This document shows, piece by piece, positions 44,378 to 46,077 of a stretch of 46,077 nt of DNA; position 1 is the stretch's first letter; each line of letters opens with the position of its first letter. The position numbers and the translations under genes were made by a program. The notes beneath the pieces were generated by a model. The model was not told the origin of the DNA. It ran no database searches and saw only the letters and a program-made list of their open reading frames with translations. The stretch covers positions 1 to 46,077 of the forward strand of contig JAYWIR010000172.1 in the NCBI GenBank assembly GCA_036172245.1, in the 5' to 3' direction. Origin of the DNA: Raillietiella orientalis (lineage: Eukaryota).

Positions 44378-46077
44378 CACCTGGGCTCGCCAGTCGCCGT
44401 CGGATTCGCGCCGCCTGTTGGAACGTGAACGGGCTGCGCGACGACGGTAACAGGCGAGATACGGCCGACACCCTGCGTGACTTCGACCTGGCCCTGCTGC
44501 AGGAGATCCACGTGATCACCTCGGCAGACGTCCAGGAGATCGAGGCGCTCGCGGAAAGTCGACTGTATTGGCGATGCGGCGCCCGCAACACCTGCGGGGT
44601 CGCGTTCTCCGTCAAGCCGACCATCGACGCTGCCGTGAAGGACGTACGCTTTGATGACGACGGTCGGGTCGGTCAGCTGATTCTCAGCTGGTCCGACTCG
44701 ATCGAATTGATCGTCACGAACTGTACGCCCTGAACGGAAAAGGTGGATACAGCGACCGTACCAGGCTGCTGGAAACCCTGAAGCGCGATTAGCTGGCCGA
44801 CACGAATGTGCGGAAGGCACACATGATAGCTGGAGACTTCAATCTCCGTCTGCTGTCAGGTGAGCACGAAGCACAAAAACGCACGGCCAACGAGTTGTGC
44901 GCTGCCATGCGCACGCGCAACTTGTTGGCAGACGCGGAGGGAATGGACCGCAGCATCGACCACTTCTCCGTGGATGTCGACCTGTGCTCACGGGTCGGCA
45001 AACGGGGAAAAGTTGCGTCGACGCTGTCGGACCATTCCAGGATCATCGCCGAGGTTTGCCCGCGCGACAAAGGACCCCCGTCCAGGGCGCGGCGGCTGCC
45101 TGGGGACTGGACGCTGCTCTCAAGGTGCGAAAGAACACCTTCGCGAATTCCTGAGAGGCGTCACCCTCCGCAGTCTCCAAGACTAGTACCTCTTCAAGGC
45201 CACGGTCCGCGAGTTCTGGGAGGAGTTTCCCCTGCACCGCCTGCCCCCCGGATTCGGGGAGGGAGCTCGGAACCATCGGGCTTATCTACAGGCCCGCCGG
45301 TGCGAGAGGACCCCGAATGTCCGTCGCCTAGCGGAATATCGAGCCGGGGCCGAACGCCAAGCCTGGCAATCCGGGTCGGCCAGCTTGCTGGACGACCAGG
45401 GCCGGGAGCGATCCGCCCCACCCGCGATCAGGCACCTCGTGCGACGTTACTACTCCTGCCTCTACGCTAGGGCACCCCCAGAGCGGAACGCATCGCGGCT
45501 CCTGCTCCCGGATGGAGCCCCGGCAATAGGGTAGGAGGAGAAGATCAGCCTCGATGAGCCTTTTTCTACCGGTGAAATTCTCGCCGGTATTAAAAGGCTC
45601 AAGAGGCGAAAGGTGCCAGGGGAGGACGGCCTGCCTGCGGAATTCTTTCAATGTTTTGCGGCAGAGCTGGCACCCCTGGTGTCTCAGTTGACCGGGCTGA
45701 TCCGAGACGAAGGCGACGTTCCCGCCTCGTTTCGGTCAGCCCGTGTGAGGCTCCTCCCGAAGGAAGGAGAGCTGAGATCCTTGGGCAATTCGCGTCCGAT
45801 CACAATCGTGAATACGGACGCCAAGCTGATCGCTGGACTGTGGGCTTTGCGTCTAGGACAGGTGGCAGACTTCATAATTTGCCCGGAGCAGACGTACGCT
45901 GTTCCCGGGCGAAGTTAGGATGCCAACCTGTTCTTCGCGAGCACATGGTTCCATGTGCAGCGCTGCCTGAACGACACAGGGGGAAAGATTGGCAACCCCA
46001 CTTTGGGACCGCCAGCTGGGCTAAGAATGGATACCCGGGCTGGGAAAGGAGCCCTAGCAATCGCGGTCGATCTCCAC
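44377..46077 (+). pseudogene. ORF2 of B3 (begins ACA, not ATG; several stops and frameshifts)
   Basis: TPGLASRRRIRAACWNVNGL, LQEIH, AGDFN, SIDH, SDH, RT N-terminal motifs. Confidence 0.88.

Larger units (their letters stand above)
42525..46077 (+). mobile_element. LINE copy B3, 5' end through RT N-terminus, running off the window
   Basis: 5' motif, ORF1, endonuclease, uninterrupted hotspot region (~45170-45430), PGEDGLPAEFF, RPITIVNTD, AIAVDL at the window end. Confidence 0.93.

Noticed and set aside
34373..46077. Twin-priming 5' inversions as the cause of the inverted junctions
   Set aside because: Overlapping segments on either side differ strongly (DCDNLKRSLCEFC vs DWGRFKLLVREFS), B3 runs past the breakpoint, and 3' termini also abut the hotspot.
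42630..46077. RIP-like hypermutation
   Set aside because: Lesions include transversions and indels and copies remain GC-rich; no obvious dinucleotide bias by eye.

Overview
Eukaryotic-type, repeat-dominated window with no recognisable host gene. Both ends (about 1-9820 and 32150-46077) are clusters of one L1/Tx1-like non-LTR retrotransposon group with at least three ORF1 subfamilies. ORF1 is gag-like with two zinc knuckles; ORF2 has an APE endonuclease, reverse transcriptase and a C-terminal CCHC finger. The main result: all nine junctions with a recognisable element terminus show an element inserted ANTISENSE into another element, and seven fall in one ~260-bp stretch of ORF2 between endonuclease and RT. 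This builds strictly alternating Russian-doll nests. The elements end in AATAAA plus a GC hairpin with no poly(A). Subfamily A couples ORF1 to ORF2 by a TAATG overlap, whereas subfamily B has TAACA (no ORF2 AUG). The middle (10-32 kb) is decayed sequence with an internally deleted LINE copy, a degenerate Ty1/copia-like pol on the minus strand and unassignable remnants. Boundaries were placed by eye and are approximate.
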